A stretch of DNA of 64,000 nucleotides from Eledone cirrhosa (lineage: Eukaryota). The stretch covers positions 5,146,001-5,210,000 of the forward strand of contig OZ024765.1 of NCBI GenBank assembly GCA_964016885.1. Direction: 5' to 3'. A program made the position numbers and the translations under genes. Shown here in pieces: positions 1-11,400 of this stretch; within the stretch, counting starts at the first letter, position 1, and every line of letters starts with the position of its first letter. The notes under the pieces are model-generated. The model saw only the letters and a list, made by a program, of their open reading frames with translations, was not told where the DNA came from and ran no database searches.

Positions 1-7
1 TCTCTCG

Positions 8-54
<47 letters not shown>
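1..54. repeat. (CT)n microsatellite
   Basis: Direct reading. Confidence 0.95.
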
Positions 55-60
<6 letters not shown>

Positions 61-64
<4 letters not shown>

Positions 65-357
65 TGAAAGAATGAAGAATAACATGATCAACAGTACAAA
101 AAAGGGGTTTATTTACAGTCTTAACAATTGTTTCACTGATTAAGTTGTCTAAAAATTGCTGAACACTTGAAGCTGTGCCACTCAATTTTAAGTCCTCTCT
201 GATGATCTGGTTAAGTTAACAACGTATTTAAAATTGAGTGGCACAGCTCCAAGTGTTCAGCAATTTTTAGACAACTCAATCAGTGAAACAATTGTCAGAC
301 TGCAAATAAAAGCCTTTTCTGTACTGTTGACCATGTTATTCTTCACTCTTTCAATAT
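61..357. mobile_element. Inverted-repeat (fold-back) Penelope-like pLTR fragment
   Basis: Arms 61-191 and 228-357 are imperfect reverse complements. The element contains CTGATGA...GAAAC hammerhead core motifs. Confidence 0.6.
196..299 (+). ncRNA. Type-I hammerhead-like ribozyme with extended stem II (possibly degenerate)
   Basis: tct-CTGATGA(199-205)-79 nt-GAAA(285-288)-CAATTG-TC-aga. Stem II is closed by ctggtt/aatcag, and positions 10.1/11.1 are U/U. Confidence 0.45.
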
Positions 358-420
358 TATTACTCCAAGATAAACTTACATAGGAATTCACGAGAACTCA
401 CAAACTCGCCACCTACGGAA

Positions 421-806
421 ACCTACTTTATACACCCACTAACGTACCTACTTTATACACCCACTAACGTACCTACTTTATACACCCACTAACGTACCTA
501 CTTTATACACCCACTAACATACCTACTTTATACACCCACTAACATACCTACTTTATACACCCACTAACGTACCTACTTTATACACCCACTAACGTACCTA
601 CTTTATACACCCACTAACGTACCTACTATATACACCCACTAACGTACCTACTATATACACCCACTAACATACCTACTTTATACACTCACTAACATACCTA
701 CTATATACACCCACTAACGTACCTACTATATACACCCACTAACGTACCTACTTTATACACTCACTAACGTACCTACTATATACACCCACTAATATACCTA
801 CTTTAT
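421..806. repeat. 25-bp minisatellite, about 15 copies
   Basis: Unit acctactttatacacccactaacgt. Confidence 0.95.
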
Positions 807-820
807 CTCTCGTTTTGCAG

Positions 821-849
821 ATTTCCAATGTGATACGCCCCAAATCAAG
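821..849 (+). CDS. ZBBX: ZBBX-like gene, first coding exon visible in window (upstream B-box exons presumably outside)
   Basis: ttttgcag acceptor, gtatgg donor. Encodes ISNVIRPKS(R). Phase 0->2 fits the next exon. Confidence 0.55.
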
Positions 850-860
850 GTATGGTGCCA

Positions 861-1822
861 TATTGTCCTATTTCCCTCTGTTGTCCTATATTGTACTCTC
901 TTGTCCTGTATTGTACTCTGCTGTCCTGTATTGTACTCTGTTGTCCTGTATTGTACTCAGCTGTCCTATTTCCCTCTGTTGTCCTATATTGTACTCTGTT
1001 GTCCTGTATTGTACTCTGTTGTCCTGTATTGTACTCAGCTGTCCTGTGTTGTACTCTGTTGTCCTATATTGTACTCTCTTGTCCTATATTGTACTCTCTT
1101 GTCCTGTATTGTACTCTGTTGTCCTGTATTGTACTCAGCTGTCCTATTTTCCCTCTGTTGTCCTGTGTTGTACTCTGTTGTCCTGTATTGTACTCTGTTG
1201 TCCTGTATTGTACTCTCTTGTCCTATATTGTACTCTCTTGTCCTGTATTGTACTCTGTTGTCCTGTATTGTACTCTGTTGTCCTGTATTGTACTCTCTTG
1301 TCCTATATTGTACTCTCTTGTCCTGTATTGTACTCTGCTGTCCTGTATTGTACTCTCTTGTCCTATATTGTACTCTCTTGTCCTGTATTGTACTCTGTTG
1401 TCCTGTATTGTACTCAGCTGTCCTATTTTCCCTCTGTTGTCCTGTGTTGTACTCTGTTGTCCTATATTGTACTCTCTTGTCCTATATTGTACTCTCTTGT
1501 CCTGTATTGTACTCTGTTGTCCTGTATTGTACTCTGCTGTCCTGTATTGTACTCTCTTGTCCTATATTGTACTCTCTTGTCCTGTATTGTACTCTGTTGT
1601 CCTGTATTGTACTCTCTTGTCCTATATTGTACTCTCTTGTCCTGTATTGTACTCTCTTGTCCTGTATTGTACTCAGCTGTCCTATTTCCCTCTGTTGTCC
1701 TATATTGTACTCTGTTGTCCTGTATTGTACTCTGCTGTCCTGTATTGTACTCTCTTGTCCTGTATTGTACTCAGCTGTCCTATTTTCCCTCTGTTGTCCT
1801 GTGTTGTACTCTGTTGTCCTAT
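861..1822. repeat. 20-bp minisatellite (tattgtactctgttgtcctg)
   Basis: Direct reading. It explains the three overlapping Cys/Val/Leu pseudo-ORFs. Confidence 0.95.
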
Positions 1823-1954
1823 TTCTTGCTTTATTTTCTCTGTGGTATGAGAGAGAGACAGAGAGAGGAAGAGAGACAGGGGGAGGAAGACAGGGGGAGG
1901 AAGAGAAAGACTGAGGGAGAGGAAGGAGCTAATTTTGTCTTTGTTCTTTGTCAG

Positions 1955-2006
1955 GTTTATTGAGATGGAGAGGACCTCACAGGGAGCAGGACCTACAGTT
2001 GTACAG
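1955..2006 (+). CDS. ZBBX: ZBBX-like exon
   Basis: ctttgtcag / gtgagt. Encodes (R)FIEMERTSQGAGPTVVQ, phase 2->0. Confidence 0.65.
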
Positions 2007-2008
2007 GT

Positions 2009-3978
2009 GAGTGGTGGTGGTGGTGTATATGTGTCTAGTGGTGGTGGTGGTGTATATGTGTGTAGTGGTGGTGGTGGTGGTGGTGGTGTATATGTGTCTA
2101 GTGGTGGTGGTGGTGTATATGTGTCTAGTGGTGGTGGTGGTGTATATGTGTCTAGTGGTGGTGGTGGTGGTGTATATGTGTCTAGTGGTGGTGGTGTATA
2201 TGTGTCTAGTGGTGGTGGTGGTGGTGGTGGTGTATATGTGTCTAGTGGTGGTGGTGGTGGTGTATATGTGTCTAGTGGTGGTGGTGGTGGTGGTGTATAT
2301 GTGTCTAGTGGTGGTGGTGGTGTATATGTGTCTAGTGGTGGTGGTGGTGGTGGTGTATATGTGTCTAGTGGTGGTGGTGGTGGTGTATATGGGTCTAGTG
2401 GTGGTGGTGGTGGTGGTGTATATGTGTCTAGTGGTGGTGGTGGTGTATATGTGTCTAGTGGTGGTGGTGGTGGTGGTGTATATGTGTCTAGTGGTGGTGG
2501 TGGTGGTGGTGTATATGGGTCTAGTGGTGGTGGTGGTGGTGGTGTATATGTGTCTAGTGGTGGTGGTGGTGTATATGTGTCTAGTGGTGGTGGTGGTGGT
2601 GGTGTATATGTGTCTAGTGGTGGTGGTGGTGGTGGTGTATATGTGTCTAGTGGTGGTGGTGGTGGTGGTGTATATGTGTCTAGTGGTGGTGGTGGTGGTG
2701 GTGTATATGTGCCTAGTGGTGGTGGTGGTGTATATGTGTCTAGTGGTGGTGGTGGTGTATATGTGTCTAGTGGTGGTGGTGGTGTATATGTGTCTAGTGG
2801 TGGTGGTGGTGTATATGTGTCTAGTGGTAGTGGTGGTGTATATGTGTCTAGTGGTGGTGGTGGTGGTGTATATGGGTCTAGTGGTGGTGGTGGTGGTGTA
2901 TATGGGTCTAGTGGTGGTGGTGGTGTATATGGGTCTAGTGGTGGTGGTGGTGGTGTATATGTGTCTAGTGGTGGTGGTGGTGGTGTATATGGGTCTAGTG
3001 GTGGTGGTGGTGGTGTATATGTGTCTAGTGGTGGTGGTGGTGGTGTATATGGGTCTAGTGGTGGTGGTGGTGGTGTATATGTGTCTAGTGGTGGTGGTGG
3101 TGTATATGTGTCTAGTGGTGGTGGTGGTGTATATGTGTCTAGTGGTAGTGGTGGTGTATATGTGTCTAGTGGTGGTGGTGGTGGTGTATATGTGTGTAGT
3201 GGTGGTGGTGGTGTATATGTGTGTAGTGGTGGTGGTGGTGTATATGTGTGTAGTGGTGGTGGTGGTGGTGGTGTATATGTGTGTAGTGGTAGTGGTGGTG
3301 GTGGTGTATATGGGTCTAGTGGTGGTGGTGGTGTGGTGTCTAGTGGTGGTGGTGGTGTATATGTGTCTAGTGGTGGTGGTGGTGGTGGTGTATATGTGTC
3401 TAGTGGTGGTGGTGGTGTATATGTGTCTAGTGGTAGTGGTAGTGGTGGTGTATATGTGTCTAGTGGTGGTGGTGGTGGTGGTGGTGTATATGTGTGTAGT
3501 GGTGGTGGTGGTGTATATGGGTCTAGTGGTGGTGGTGGTGTATATGGGTCTAGTGGTGGTGGTGGTGGTGTATATGGGTCTAGTGGTGGTGGTGGTGTAT
3601 ATGTGTCAAGTGGTGGTGGTGGTGGTGATGTATATGGGTCTAGTGGTGGTGGTGTATATGGGTCTGGTGGTGGTGTTTATGTGTCTAGTGGTGGTGGTGG
3701 TGGTTGTGGTGTGGTGTCTAGTGGTGGTGGTGGTTGTGGTGTTGTGGTGCTGGTGGTGGAGGTGGTGGTGGTGTCTAGTGGTGATGGTGGTGGTGGTGTA
3801 GTGGTGGTGGTGGTGGTGTGTGTCTAGTGATGGTGGTGGTGTGTATGTGTCTAGTGGTGGTGGTGGTGGTGTGTCTGGTGGTGGTGGTGGTGTGTGTCTA
3901 GTGATGGTGGTGGTGTGTATGTGTCTAGTGGTGGTGGTGGTGGTGGTGGTGGTGTCTAGTGGTGGTGGTGGTGTGTAT
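2009..3978. repeat. Compound (GGT)n-gtatatgtgtctagt minisatellite (intronic)
   Basis: Direct reading. It lies after the gtgagt donor at 2007. Confidence 0.95.
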
Positions 3979-4045
3979 GGGACTAACAGAAACATTGTAA
4001 TTTTATGAAAAGTAACTCCTGTTTTATAATTATCAACACCACCAG

Positions 4046-4511
4046 CAGCAACAACAACAACAACAACGCCAGCAACAACAACAACAACAACAACGCCAGC
4101 AACAACAACAACAACAACAACCCCAACCAGAAAAAAAGCCCCTAATTCCAGCAACGAAAAAAAATAAAGGGACCACAGGTGAAAGCTCTCTTCTGAACGG
4201 GGAGTACCGCGAGGAGGAGAGTGCAGCGTCATTTCAGGAAGCTTTACAGAACTGGAGGAGGTCAGCAGGTGCACGTGGTCAGAAGTCAACGGGTGCAACC
4301 AGTCGGGCAGCCCAGTGTAGCGCAAAGTCAGCAGGTGACCCCGGAAAGAGGTTAGCAGGTGACCCCGGAAAGAGGTCAGCAGGTGACCCCGGAAAGAGGT
4401 CAGCAGGTGACCCCGGAAAGAGGTCAGCAGGTCACTGGAAGGGGAGGTCAAGCAGTACCCCGTCTCTTTCCACTCCCACCTCGGACAAGAAACCACATAT
4501 GAAACATGAAG
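4046..4511 (+). CDS. ZBBX: ZBBX-like exon with polyQ and conserved ZBBX motif
   Basis: Open frame missing from the ORF track: polyQ...SSLLNGEYREEESAASFQEALQNWR, resembling the vertebrate ZBBX motif [24 protein letters not shown] (from memory). It has a NAGNAG acceptor, a gtgact donor and phase 0->1, and contains a 24-bp SAGDPGKR repeat. Confidence 0.8.
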
Positions 4512-4756
4512 GTGACTGGGGCTTTATTTTACTTTGTTTTGTTCCTTTTTTTTTTTCGGAGGGGGGGGGGGGGGGTGTTTTTGTTTTGACCAACTAACTT
4601 GACCTGATGACCTGACAAGGAACATAGGTTGGTCAGTCGGTCAGCCAATTGGTGAGTCAGTAGGTCAGTTAGTTGGTGGGTGAGTCAGTTGGTCAGTCAG
4701 TCATTCAGCCAATCAGTCAGTTAGCCAGTCATCAAGGGTTCAAGTATGTTTACATA

Positions 4757-5249
4757 CAAGGTGTCCCTAAAATCTGGACCGGGTGTCACTAAAGTCTAGA
4801 TAGGATGTCCCTAAAGTCTAGACAGGGTGTCCCTAAACGCTGGATACATAGAACTTAGCCATGACAGTTTCTTTAATTTCGTCTGATACATTTAGTCATC
4901 CATGACACTGCGTTTCTTTAAACTTTCATGTGAATTTGTTTTTTCTTGATAGATTATCGGGATTAGCGATTTCAAAATGGGTTTCCTAACACTCCAATGA
5001 AACATATGTAAATCATATAGTACAGTATATTGCTTTTCTGTATCAATTTTTATCTATTTATAATTAATTTATTCATGTTCATACACAGAACAAAAGCGCA
5101 ACCTAAGGTTTCTAAGCCCAATATTGACCATATCTTCAGAATGTAAGAGGGATCAAATTGTGACCTAATCTTCAGGCACTTATAAGAGTTTATATATATA
5201 CACAGGGTTATAGTGATATTTCCTGTGTGTCCAGACTTTAGGGAGACTG
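4757..5249. mobile_element. Tc1/mariner-type MITE, left TIR tandemly reiterated
   Basis: ta|caaggtgtccctaaaatctggac ... gtccagactttagggagactg|ta. Confidence 0.55.
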
Positions 5250-5363
5250 TAGAATGTTGTAATCAAGGAATTATTAAATGAAATATTTTTTGCTCTAAAC
5301 CCTGTCATTTTTTATGGGTATTATGCTCTTAAATAAATAATCTACCATTTTACCTGTTGAAAG

Positions 5364-5858
5364 GTGTACAAATCAACATGAGGGATAGTAGCTGTCAATA
5401 CCAACAAATAGTGTCGCTGTGTACAACATCAAATACTTCACTTTCCTATGCCGAACGTATCATGTTGAAGAGGCACAGACAGAAAACTCCTCAGTCTAAG
5501 GATGTCACATCTTGTGAAGACCAGAATGTCCCTCAAACTACTGACCAGCAATACATTGCTACCAACAAAGAACAAGAGAAGGAAAAGCAGCTTCATGACC
5601 AGCCAAGTGGTCATCTTAACAGCCATACCGGAGACAACCAACGCATCGTCACCTCCGAACAAGGATCTAGTAGCAGCAACAACCAGCAACCTCTACAGCC
5701 AGCAAGAGAAGATAATTCTACTGAACAACAGTCAAACATGGGAGAAAAAGAAGTAGAGAGACAAGGACAACAAGGAATGGCTACAGGCGCCGAGAATGCC
5801 AACCCAGAGAAGAAACAACCAGAAAAGACAGGGCTCGACAGTAAATCTCTTGAATCAG
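5364..5858 (+). CDS. ZBBX: ZBBX-like exon
   Basis: Contains SLSYAERIMLKRHRQKTP, resembling ZBBX LSYMEKLWLKKHRRTP (from memory). gaaag / gtaaaa, phase 1->1. Confidence 0.8.
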
Positions 5859-6089
5859 GTAAAATATTGCATTCTATTTGGCCATATCTTGTTGAATTTT
5901 TCCCCTCTAGAATTCATTCACTCTCTTTCTTTCTCTCTTCTTTAACCCTTTCATTGCAGTATTTGTGGACAGATGGACAGACAGACAGATAGACAGGCAA
6001 ATAAATAGACAGCAAGACAGATAGACAGATAGATTGGCAGCCTGACTGACAGACAGACAGATAGACAGGCAGATAAACAGATAGATAGA

Positions 6090-6900
6090 TAGATATATTT
6101 CTTTATTTGCCACAAGGGCACACAAGAAAAGGGGACAATACAAAGACATATGCCGGGGATTTTACAGTCGTGTAAAAATATTGAAACAAACAAATTTAAC
6201 AATCGAAATCCCCAATAGGGAGGAGGCACCACAAATGGGTTGTTTAAAACCCCGTAGATAGAACAACCCTCAACTCCAGGAGCGTGTTGTGCAAGTGCAC
6301 CTTTCTTCCTGTTCCTCTCTTCTTTAACCTACAGGTTTATATACAGAGAAGGCCCAATCACTCGGGCCATTTTTGCCACATTCACCCACCTTTCAGTAAA
6401 TTTACTGGGGTGCAGTGCCTCTCTCTCCACTCTGATTCTCCTTCTAAAGTGATACTTAAAGAAGGGAATGAGTTGTTGTCCGGAGAGAAAGGCATCTGTC
6501 CTCAGTCCTCTCAATCTCGTCCACCATATAACCTCTTTCACCATAGCCACTGTACAGAGGAAAACCGCCTCTCTTTCCTTGTTGAAAAAAGTTGGCGGTT
6601 TGATCCTTACTATGGACTCGGCAGTCAACTGGATTTGTCCCATACGTGACAGCAGTTGTTCTGCGTAGTTCCACAGGTCAGTTACACCCGGGCAGTGTAC
6701 AATTGCATGCAGGACTGTTTCAATGTCCTGCTCGCATCTTGGACACGTCTTCTTGGAAGGGTGCCTGTGCCTGTAGATCTTGTCTCGTACTGGTAGAGCT
6801 CCTCGGTAGCACTGCCAGGCCAGGGATCTTTGAGAATTTGAATGGCAGCTTGCTAGAGGAGGGGATGAGGAGAATCTTGGGAATAAATGCATTTTCTCCT
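6090..6900 (-). mobile_element. Tx1/L1-clade LINE 3' fragment (zf-RVT)
   Basis: CPRCEQDIETVLHAIVHCP zinc-knuckle motif. The 3'UTR ends aataaagaaatatatctatc in a (TCTA/TCTG)n run. Confidence 0.8.
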
Positions 6901-6943
6901 TGATGATATATATATACTTGTATATATATATATATATACATAT

Positions 6944-6944
<1 letters not shown>

Positions 6945-6977
<33 letters not shown>

Positions 6978-7570
6978 CCGTTTTACGTCCGTTCTTCCAC
7001 GCTAGCATGGGTTAGACGGGTTGTCCTGTTGTGAGCAGTGTCTGGTCGGCTGACCATGCCTTGCTCATACAGGAACTGATCTGGCTTGATTTCTACAGCT
7101 GGATGCCCTTCCTAACACCAACCTCATTTACAGTGAGTGCTGGGTGCTTTTTCGTGGCGCCTACACGTCCACTTTACAGTGTGGGCTGGGTGCTTTTTTG
7201 CCGTGGCACCTCCACGACCACCTTGCGGTGGGGGGTGTGGGGGCATATTGTCTATATGCTTCAGCTTGTACCCATGGGAGGTCGGGTACTCTGTATTACT
7301 GCGTGACGCCAGAAGTCACGGTCGTGTGTCATTGTCTTTGAGAGGTGTAATTGGGTAAGGTCGGCTTTTATCACTTCATCCCAGGTCATCTTGGGTCTCC
7401 CCACTCCGCGGTTTCCATCGACTTCTAGTGCTCTGCACCTTTTTATGCAGCTGTCATCCTTCATACGCATCACATGTCCATACCAGCGCAACCGCCTCTC
7501 CTGCACACAGCATTTGATTCCTCTTATGCTCAGTCTCTCTCTCAATTCATTTATGCTTTGTCGTTCACGT
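6945..7570 (-). mobile_element. RTE-X/RTE LINE 3' end with (TGA)n tail
   Basis: [12 protein letters not shown]...GRPKMTWDEVI, followed by a 3'UTR and a (CAT)n tail on +. Confidence 0.85.
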
Positions 7571-7649
7571 ATATATATATATATAATATATATATATATA
7601 TTAAGAGAGTAAAACAAAGAATCCTTTAATACATCAAAAGTTTTTATTA

Positions 7650-7687
7650 GCCGACAATGTTTCGTCCTATTAAGGACTCATCAGGGC
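7650..7687 (-). ncRNA. Minimal type-I hammerhead ribozyme
   Basis: Reverse complement reads gcc-CTGATGA-gtcct(taat)aggac-GAAA-CATTG-TC-ggc: complete core, 5-bp stem II, 3-bp stem I, GUC site. Confidence 0.85.
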
Positions 7688-7705
7688 AATCAAAACAACT
7701 GTGTA

Positions 7706-7745
<40 letters not shown>

Positions 7746-8102
7746 CATAATTTAGATAAGAACTCTATAACCAGCTGTATCTGGCCAGAATTCTCTCACC
7801 TCTTTCTGTTCAAACCGGCTGTAACCTGCTGTTCATACTGATGTTAAGGTATTGTTCTCAAAACAAATAATATCAAAATCTCAAAAATTCAATATTATGA
7901 GATAATTATGTAAGATAAAGCTTTTGCTATGAAAATATAATAGTATATAGTGTAATGAGAATGCTAAAGGGTTAAAATTGTTTGGGGGCAGGTTGGTATC
8001 AAAAGGGTTAAATATTTTCCTGTTTTTAGATTTTATTTAATTTTTGTTTTTATATTTTTACTTAGTTTTTTTTTTATTTCTCATTCTCTCCCCCTCTGGT
8101 AG

Positions 8103-8218
8103 CAGCAACAGAAAACAGCAGTGTGGACAAACTGGAAACAGTGTCTTTTACATCTCTGTATAAAATGGTAACCCAGGAACTACCTTCTGCTGACCCAGAC
8201 AGCAGCACGATTGAGCAG
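8103..8218 (+). CDS. ZBBX: ZBBX-like exon
   Basis: Polypyrimidine-tag / gtaagg. Encodes AATENSSVDKLETVSFTSLYKMVTQELPSADPDSSTIEQ, phase 1->0. Confidence 0.7.
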
Positions 8219-8428
8219 GTAAGGTCTACTGTCTGTGTCTATATCCCATCACTTAGCAGTTCTACAAGAAAAGATCAATAAAATTTGTAGCAGACTTGAA
8301 AAGGAAAATTAAATACTGGGGTTGATATGATTGACTAACTCTAAGAATTGAATCTTTAAGACTTCAGGCAAAAAGAATTATCATTACATCATTGTCATCA
8401 TCATTACCGTTTAACGTCCATTTTTCCA

Positions 8429-8590
8429 GTGAAGGCGCATGGCTTAGTGGTTAGAGCATTGGCCTTGCAATCGAAAGGTTGTGAGTTCAATTCTCAGACC
8501 GGGTGATGTGTTATTTCCTTGAGCAAGACACTTTATTTCACATTGCTCCAGTTTATTCAGCTGTAGACATGAGATGATAGGGACTGCTTT
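8429..8590 (+). mobile_element. tRNA-derived CORE-type SINE
   Basis: A box tggcttagtgg, B box gagttcaattc, CORE-like ccttgagcaagacacttta. Related copies at about 17960-18405(-), 29335-29700(+), 39150-39390 and 57400-57550(-). Confidence 0.75.
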
Positions 8591-8756
8591 TCTGCCGTGG
8601 CACCTCCACAACCACTTGGCAGTGGAATGATAGGGAACCCAGTCCAATCATCTCATTTTTACAGCTGAATAAACTGGAACACTGTGAAATAAATTGAAAA
8701 TTTCAACACCTATCTGCAGATGTCACATAATATAATTTTATATATATATATATATA

Positions 8757-9150
8757 TCATCATCATCATCATCACCGTTTTACGTCCGTTCTTCCACGCT
8801 AGCATGGGTTAGACGGGTTGTCCTGTTGTGGGCAGTGTCTGGTCGGCTGACCATGCCTTGCTCATACAGGAACTGATCTGGCTTGATTTCTACAGCTGGA
8901 TGCCCTTCCTAACACCAACCTCATTTACAGTGAGTGCTGGGTGCTTTTTCGTGGCGCCTACACGTCCACTTTACAGTGTGGGCTGGGTGCTTTTTTGCCG
9001 TGGCACCTCCACGACCACCTTGCGGTGGGGGGGGGGCATATTGTTTATATGCTTCAGCATGTACCCATGGGAGGTCGGGTACCCTGTATTACTGCGTGAC
9101 GCCAGAAGTCACGGTCGTGTGTCATTGACTTTGAGAGGTGTAGTTGGGTA
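8757..9150 (-). mobile_element. RTE-X 3'UTR copy, near-identical to 6945-7357
   Basis: Direct sequence match. Confidence 0.85.
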
Positions 9151-9188
9151 ATATATTTATATATGTGTATATGTGTCTATTTCCATAG

Positions 9189-9268
9189 GAACTTCCCAGA
9201 CGACATGTACAAATTGTTCCACTGTTTGACTCGTCTCGGGCATATTCCAGCTGTGCCTTGTATAGCAA
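9189..9268 (+). CDS. ZBBX: ZBBX-like exon
   Basis: ttccatag / gtaagt. Encodes ELPRRHVQIVPLFDSSRAYSSCALYS, phase 0->2. Confidence 0.7.
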
Positions 9269-9306
9269 GTAAGTTGTCTTTATTTGCATTTTCTCTTATC
9301 CACCAA

Positions 9307-9696
9307 TTCTATACAGGGTGGGTTTGATGGGTAAACTTTTGCTGTCTTCTATACAGGGTGGGTGGGTTTGATGGGTAAACTTCTGCTTTCTTCTATACAG
9401 GGTGGGTGGGTTTGATGGGTAAAATTCTGCTTTCTTCTATACAGGGTGGGTTTGATGGGTAAACTTCTGCTTTCTTCTATACAGGGTGGGTGGGTTTGAT
9501 GGGTAAACTTCTGCTTTCTTCTATACAGGGTGGGTGGGTTTGATGGGTAAACTTCTGCTTTCTTCTATACAGGGTGGGTGGGTTTGATGGGTAAAATTCT
9601 GCTGTCTTCTATACAGGGTGGGTTTGATGGGTAAACTTCTGCTGTCTTCTATACAGGGTGGGTGGGTTTGATGGGTAAACTTCTGCTGTCTTCTAT
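9307..9696. repeat. 40/44-bp minisatellite
   Basis: Unit ttctatacagggtggg(tggg)tttgatgggtaaacttctgctgtc. Confidence 0.9.
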
Positions 9697-9854
9697 TCTA
9701 TAGATTCCATGTTGCATGCAGGGCCAGGTTAACTATTAAACAAAAATAAGCGCATGTTTAGAGTATGAAGGGAAAAGAGGGATCATTTTAAGTGCCTATG
9801 GCTCCAAATGACTTAATTTAACTCTGTTTGTCTGTTTGTATATCTGCCAATCTA

Positions 9855-10727
9855 TCTATCTGTTTGTCTGTATATCTATCTGTCTGTCAGTCTATTTATC
9901 TGACCGTCAGTCTATCTGTTTGTCTGTATATCTATCTGTCTGTCAGTCTATTTATCTGACCGTCAGTCTATCTGTTTGTCTGTATATCTATCTGTCTGTC
10001 AGTCTATTTATCTGACCGTCAGTCTATCTGTTTGTCTGTATATCTATCTGTCTGTCAGTTTATTTATCTGACCGTCAGTCTATCTGTTTGTCTGTATATC
10101 TATCTGTCTGTCAGTTTATTTATCTGACCGTCAGTCTATCTGTTTGTCTGTATATCTATCTGTCTGTCAGTTTATTTATCTGACCGTCAGTCTATCTGTT
10201 TGTCTGTATATCTATCTGTCTGTCAGTTTATTTATCTGACCGTCAGTCTATCTGTTTGTCTGTATATCTATCTGTCTGTCAGTCTATTTATCTGACCGTC
10301 AGTCTATCTGTTTGTCTGTATATCTATCTGTCTGTCAGTCTATTTATCTGACCGTCAGTCTATCTGTTTGTCTGTATATCTATCTATCTGTCAGTTTATT
10401 TATCTGACCGTCAGTCTATCTGTTTGTCTGTATATCTATCTGTCTGTCAGTTTATTTATCTGACCGTCAGTCTATCTGTTTGTCTGTATATCTATCTGTC
10501 TGTCAGTTTATTTATCTGACCGTCAGTCTATCTGTTTGTCTGTATATCTATCTGTCTGTCAGTCTATTTATCTGACCGTCAGTCTATCTGTTTGTCTGTA
10601 TATCTATCTGTCTGTCAGTCTATTTATCTGACCGTCAGTCTATCTGTTTGTCTGTATATCTATCTGTCTGTCAGTCTATTTATCTGACCGTCAGTCTATC
10701 TGTTTGTCTGTATATCTATCTGTCTGA
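9855..10727. repeat. 56-bp minisatellite built from TCTA/TCTG
   Basis: tgaccgtcag recurs at 9901, 9957 and onward. Confidence 0.9.
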
Positions 10728-10833
10728 TTGTCTATCTGTTTGGCTGTTTATCTATTAATTTGTCTGGCTACCAATCTCTCTGTTTATCTGTCCATCTGCT
10801 ATATATCTGTCAGTCTGTCTATCTATCTATCTC

Positions 10834-11400
10834 TGTCGCATATGGGACAAATACAGTTGACTGCCGAGTCCATAGTAAGGATCAAACCGCCAGACTCTTT
10901 CAAAAACGAAAGAGAGGCGGTTTTCCTCTGTACGGTGGCTATGGTGAAAGAAGTTATATGGTGGACGAGGTTGAGAGGACTGAGGACAGATGCCTTTCTC
11001 TCCGGACAACAATTGATTCCATTCTTTAAGTATCACTTTAGAAGGAGAATCAGGGTGGAGAGAGAGGCACTGCACCCCAGTAAATTTACTGAAAGGTGGG
11101 TGAATGAAGCGAAAATGGCCCGAGTGATTGGGCCTTCTCTGTTTATAAGCCTGTAGGTTGAGGAAGAGAGCAAAAGGAAGAAAGGAGCACTTGCACAACA
11201 CGCTCCTTGAGTTGAGGGTTGTTCTATCGACGGGGTATTAAACAACCCATTTGTGGCGCCTCCCCCCTATTGGGGATTTCGATTGTTGAAATTGTTTGTT
11301 TTTATATTTTTTACACGACTGTATGTAAAATCCCCGGCATGTCTTTGTATTGTCCCCTTTCTTGTTGCGCCCTTGTGGCTAATAAAGAAATCTATCTATC
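10834..11400 (+). mobile_element. Tx1/L1-clade LINE 3' fragment, second copy (inverted relative to 6090-6650)
   Basis: Same MGQIQLTAESIVRIKPP...ERWVN peptide and same 3'UTR. Confidence 0.85.

Noticed and set aside
815-1963. Three long Cys/Val/Leu-rich ORFs
   Set aside because: A stop-free 20-bp minisatellite is open in all frames and lies between a donor (850) and an acceptor (1954).
1935-3827. 630-aa Gly-rich (GGGGVYVSS) structural-protein-like ORF
   Set aside because: It starts after a consensus gtgagt donor, has no signal peptide and almost no synonymous variation, and a second frame is equally open. It is best explained as an intronic repeat, although intron retention cannot be excluded.
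8103-8218. Apparent frameshift in this exon
   Set aside because: A recount shows the phase-1 frame is open to the donor, so there is no frameshift.
8432-8505. tRNA gene
   Set aside because: The A/B boxes continue into a SINE body present in several copies, and there is no complete cloverleaf.
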